From the NCBI RefSeq assembly GCF_009914755.1, contig NC_060939.1: a stretch of DNA of 64,000 bases. One strand, 5' to 3'. Shown one piece after another: positions 60,096 to 64,000 of the stretch. This stretch comes from the human T2T-CHM13v2.0 reference genome, Homo sapiens. The translations under genes were made by a program, and so were the position numbers. The notes below the pieces were generated by a model. That model did no database searches and was not told the origin of the DNA. It saw only the letters and a program-made list of their open reading frames with translations. Position 1 is the first letter of the stretch, and each line of letters opens with the position of its first letter.

Positions 60096-63000
60096 ATGTT
60101 GCCATTTTGCTTATCAGACAAAGGCATTATTATGGCCTGGATTTGCCCTGAGTCCCATGGAGAATTCTCACAGTGAAGATAACTTATTTTCACAATGGAA
60201 GCCAAAACTGCTGCTAACAACTCTTGGCTCTTTCTTCTCTTAACTAAAAAAGGAAAATGTGTTAAACCAAATGTGGCAGTTTTGTCACTCTTACCCCCTA
60301 ATCATAATCAAAATTTACTTTAATTGACAACCAAGCTGTCAGTTATCCAAGCTTCCAGAAGAACGGACACAGATAAGGCCAAATTATGATATATTCCACA
60401 AACTCAGAGGAACCAACATCCTGGAGGTAGTCCCCATTCAGCCCAGAGGCAAGGGAAAGGGTCGAGTACATATCTAAACCACCGTGAGCTAGGCACTCCC
60501 CACCCATCTGCATACACTTTGTCATCTTTGCAACTACAGCGTTTAACAAGGGCTGGGAGATTTCAACTAAAACAGACAGAATGAACTTTCTTTTAGGGAT
60601 CTTAGAACATTTTGCATGGATAGGTGGAGAATTTGAATAAAATGACCTATAGGGATAACTGTCTTTCTAAAGGTCTAAAAACAAACTGTCCCCAGTTCAT
60701 TAACCAACATATTTATTGCCACTAGAAATCAATTTTCAAAGAGTGGTAAAAATGACAGGGACTGTAGCCACTGCCCAAAACCCGACTGACAGGGTCTCAG
60801 CACTAAATCAAGTAAAATTTAATAAGTGTCACTGTCCCAGGTGTGACAGCTAGGATAGAAATCATTCCATGTCTGGCCCAGACAGGAGGCTAAGGGACTA
60901 GTTACCCTGGGCAGTTAGGAGGCATACACTTGAGGGAAGAGGAAGTTATGCTTTCTATAGGGACATGTTTCCTATCCTTAATGAGTTTCCCTCCTATAAG
61001 AAGACACACAAGTTTAGGATGATAAAATTTACCCATACAACTTTACAAATTTGGCAGCAATCTCCATTACCCTGGCTGAGGCTGAAGGGTTAACCTAAGC
61101 TGCCATGTTTGGGGAACCAATGTTTGTGCTCACTCTTTCTCTCACTAAACTCAGTTGCAGCACAGAGGAAGGCTCCAAGAATCAGGGAAGATCAGGGATC
61201 CTGAGCTCTCATAGGGCAGTCATAAATGTAATGATTGACTGTTAAGAGGGATGCACAGCACTGATGCTAATGTCCTTTGTTTGGTTGTGTATGCATTTCA
61301 GAGTGAGAAGCGAAGCCCAATCACATTATAATCTGGGCAGTTTAGGTTCTTGTTTACCAGCCCTCATCCAATAGGCACCAGCTGGAGGCTTGGTATGTGG
61401 ATTTTGTTTAGTTGCATTGTTGTCTTTTTATATCAAAGGAATCCTTCTATTACCCCAATTTCCTCCCTTCTGGTCCAGTAGCAAACCAGGACCATAACAG
61501 ACAGGTTCCTAATGCTCTGCAGATGAAGGGATGTCAGGAAAATAAACAAATTTGCTCTCTTCTGTTGCATTCCTTTCCTTAAGGGAAGAAACTAAAAGAA
61601 GATGACTTAGAACTAAACACAGAAGTTTTCCAACAACACCTATCTTGCCAGCTCCTGCCGAGATCACTAGCTTTAAAAGTGCTCTTCGGGCCTGAGTTCA
61701 GGATGGCTCTTAAGCAACTCTGTCTCTGTGCAGAGCTGCCATTGCATTTCTTCAGCTGTTTTCCAGTTGCCTGAAAGAAGCACCCACTTACCTGGGCCAG
61801 GAACGAGGAGCACAGAGAAACACAGAGTAGAACTGTTTCTTCCTCCAGAGTGTTTTTTTGAAAAAAAAAAAAAAAAAAGCCTTCCCCAGAGCATAGTCTA
61901 CTTCTCTACTTGATGTCTCACAGAGCATTGGATGCAGAAGTTTGGGGATGGTTCTCTGAATAGGGGTGATTTGCACCAGGTTTGAACCACTGGAAGCCAT
62001 ACCCTTAGAAAGGGTAGATCCAAGAAGGTTTAACACCAAGAACTGCAGACACTGGCAGAAGTCATTCAGGGAAGAGTCATGTAGACAAACATGTTGTTTT
62101 CTCCAAAGCATAAAGCGCTCAGTATATAGATGGAGAAGGTGAGGCACAAGTACAGCCCAGTGATTATCCAAGGTGTTCATGATGGTGTCAGTCCTACAGC
62201 CAAGACAAGACTATGTGCCTTCTATGCTACCAGAACACATTAACTCTTGGGCATCGTGTCCTGGAAACAAATTGAGTGGGGAAAATATTCTATTCTGGAA
62301 TACCAGGGTATCTTGGTATTCCAGAGGAAAACTATTCGTGGTCCACTTTCATAATCTGTTTTTAGGGATTTGTCATTTACTAAGGCAGAAATTTTAATCC
62401 TTCTCCCTGCTCAGGGGGGGATATCAGAATGAGGCTTCAGATAGAGGGTGAGTCAATCCCACCAATAGCAACCTTATCCCAACACAGCTTTATCAGTCTC
62501 CATTTGTCCTCACCTGGAAAATCAACTGGTGAATGTGGCAGTCAGGGCCTCCTGGGTATAGAAGAGCCGCTGGGTCAAATACTTCCATCATGCTTCATTA
62601 TACCCTAGTTAGGAGTTGACTTCTTCCACCTGTCTGAGTCTGAACTAGATGGACTCGCCACTGAGAGAGGATGACAGTCAGGTAGGGGTCTCTCTGCAGC
62701 ACCTCCTACCAGCCAACCAGCAGCAGCGTTCCTACCCAGGTGTCCACCTGTCACCACTGGGCAGGGGTGATGAGCACACAGTTGCCTTTTCCATGGCAGC
62801 ATTGTTCTTTGTCTAACTTTCATCTCTCTGCTATCTCACAATGCTCTTCTAAAATAAGGTATATTTGGCAGCATTATCAAATAAAGGCTGGCAACAAAAC
62901 TCAAGCATTGTGAATGTGTGTTTCTTCAATTTAATTTAGATCTCTAATGTCTTGAGATTTAAAAAAAGATACTTTAATTTTTTTGTGATTCAAGTTGCAT

Positions 63001-63533
63001 TTGGATTGTGAAGACATTCTTTATAAGTTCGTGCCTGAAGTAAGTTATTTCTGAGTCCCTAAATAGATGCACAAGAGCCCCCAAACACCTGGGAAACGTG
63101 GTCTCCCTTGAAAAACTCACTGTAGCATGGCCTGAGTGCTTAGAATTTGTCTCATAAGAAAATTCCCTCATTTGATGAAACGATTTAAATGTGACTGTGG
63201 TCTCAATGGTTGGCGGGAAAGGCCACTTACAAATTCTCTTTATGAGAGACATGAGTTTACTATTCTACCTGTGAAGGAACAGCCTCTCTTGTTGGGTTTA
63301 AGAATAGTTTTTTAGCAGAATATCTTCTGTTCCAAGTCAAAATCATCTAAATAGGTTCAATATTCAGCTCTACATCTGTTTCTAATGCCTAAATGAAAAA
63401 ACGTTTTTAGTTCATGGGCCAGTGGGTGTACAGCTTGAATGCTAAGTCAGGAAGTAAGAAACTTGATTATTAGAGAGATGGGTATCCAAATATTTAATAT
63501 TTTTAATTAATGCTTACACATGTTTGGAAGTAA

Positions 63534-63900
<367 letters not shown>

Positions 63901-64000
63901 CTGTTCACTCTTTCTCATCAAAGGAGACTAGCATTTCAGAATCTTTATCAACAATAAGAAATTGTTATGCTCTGATGTTTACAGACCTGTGCTAGACTCT

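Noticed and set aside
4684-62455. Overall abundance of AP-1 TGA(C/G)TCA sites
   Set aside because: About a dozen were seen against roughly 8 expected by chance, so only the clustered ones are reported.

Overview
This is simian-primate (human-like) non-coding genomic DNA, roughly 40% GC by eye and CpG-depleted, from an intron or intergenic region. It is not prokaryotic. I find no supportable protein-coding exon, RNA gene, CRISPR array or operon. Most of the supplied ORF track is chance ORFs or frames running through decayed repeats. The window is dominated by interspersed repeats: L1 fragments of several ages, L2, L3/CR1, many MIRs, AluS/AluJ/FRAM, MaLR and ERVL solo LTRs (MLT1, THE1D, LTR16, LTR33), and DNA transposon relics (MER113, MER5, Tigger3a). 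Microsatellites are also present. Subfamily names come from my recall of consensus sequences, and boundaries are approximate unless a target-site duplication (TSD) is given. The unique stretches hold several candidate cis-regulatory motif clusters, a CTCF-like site and a telomere-geometry G-quadruplex. There is also one unusually long (232-codon) open frame with no recognisable homology. I did not find a convincing novel biological system, so the findings are modest and scored accordingly. I could not identify the locus or host gene.
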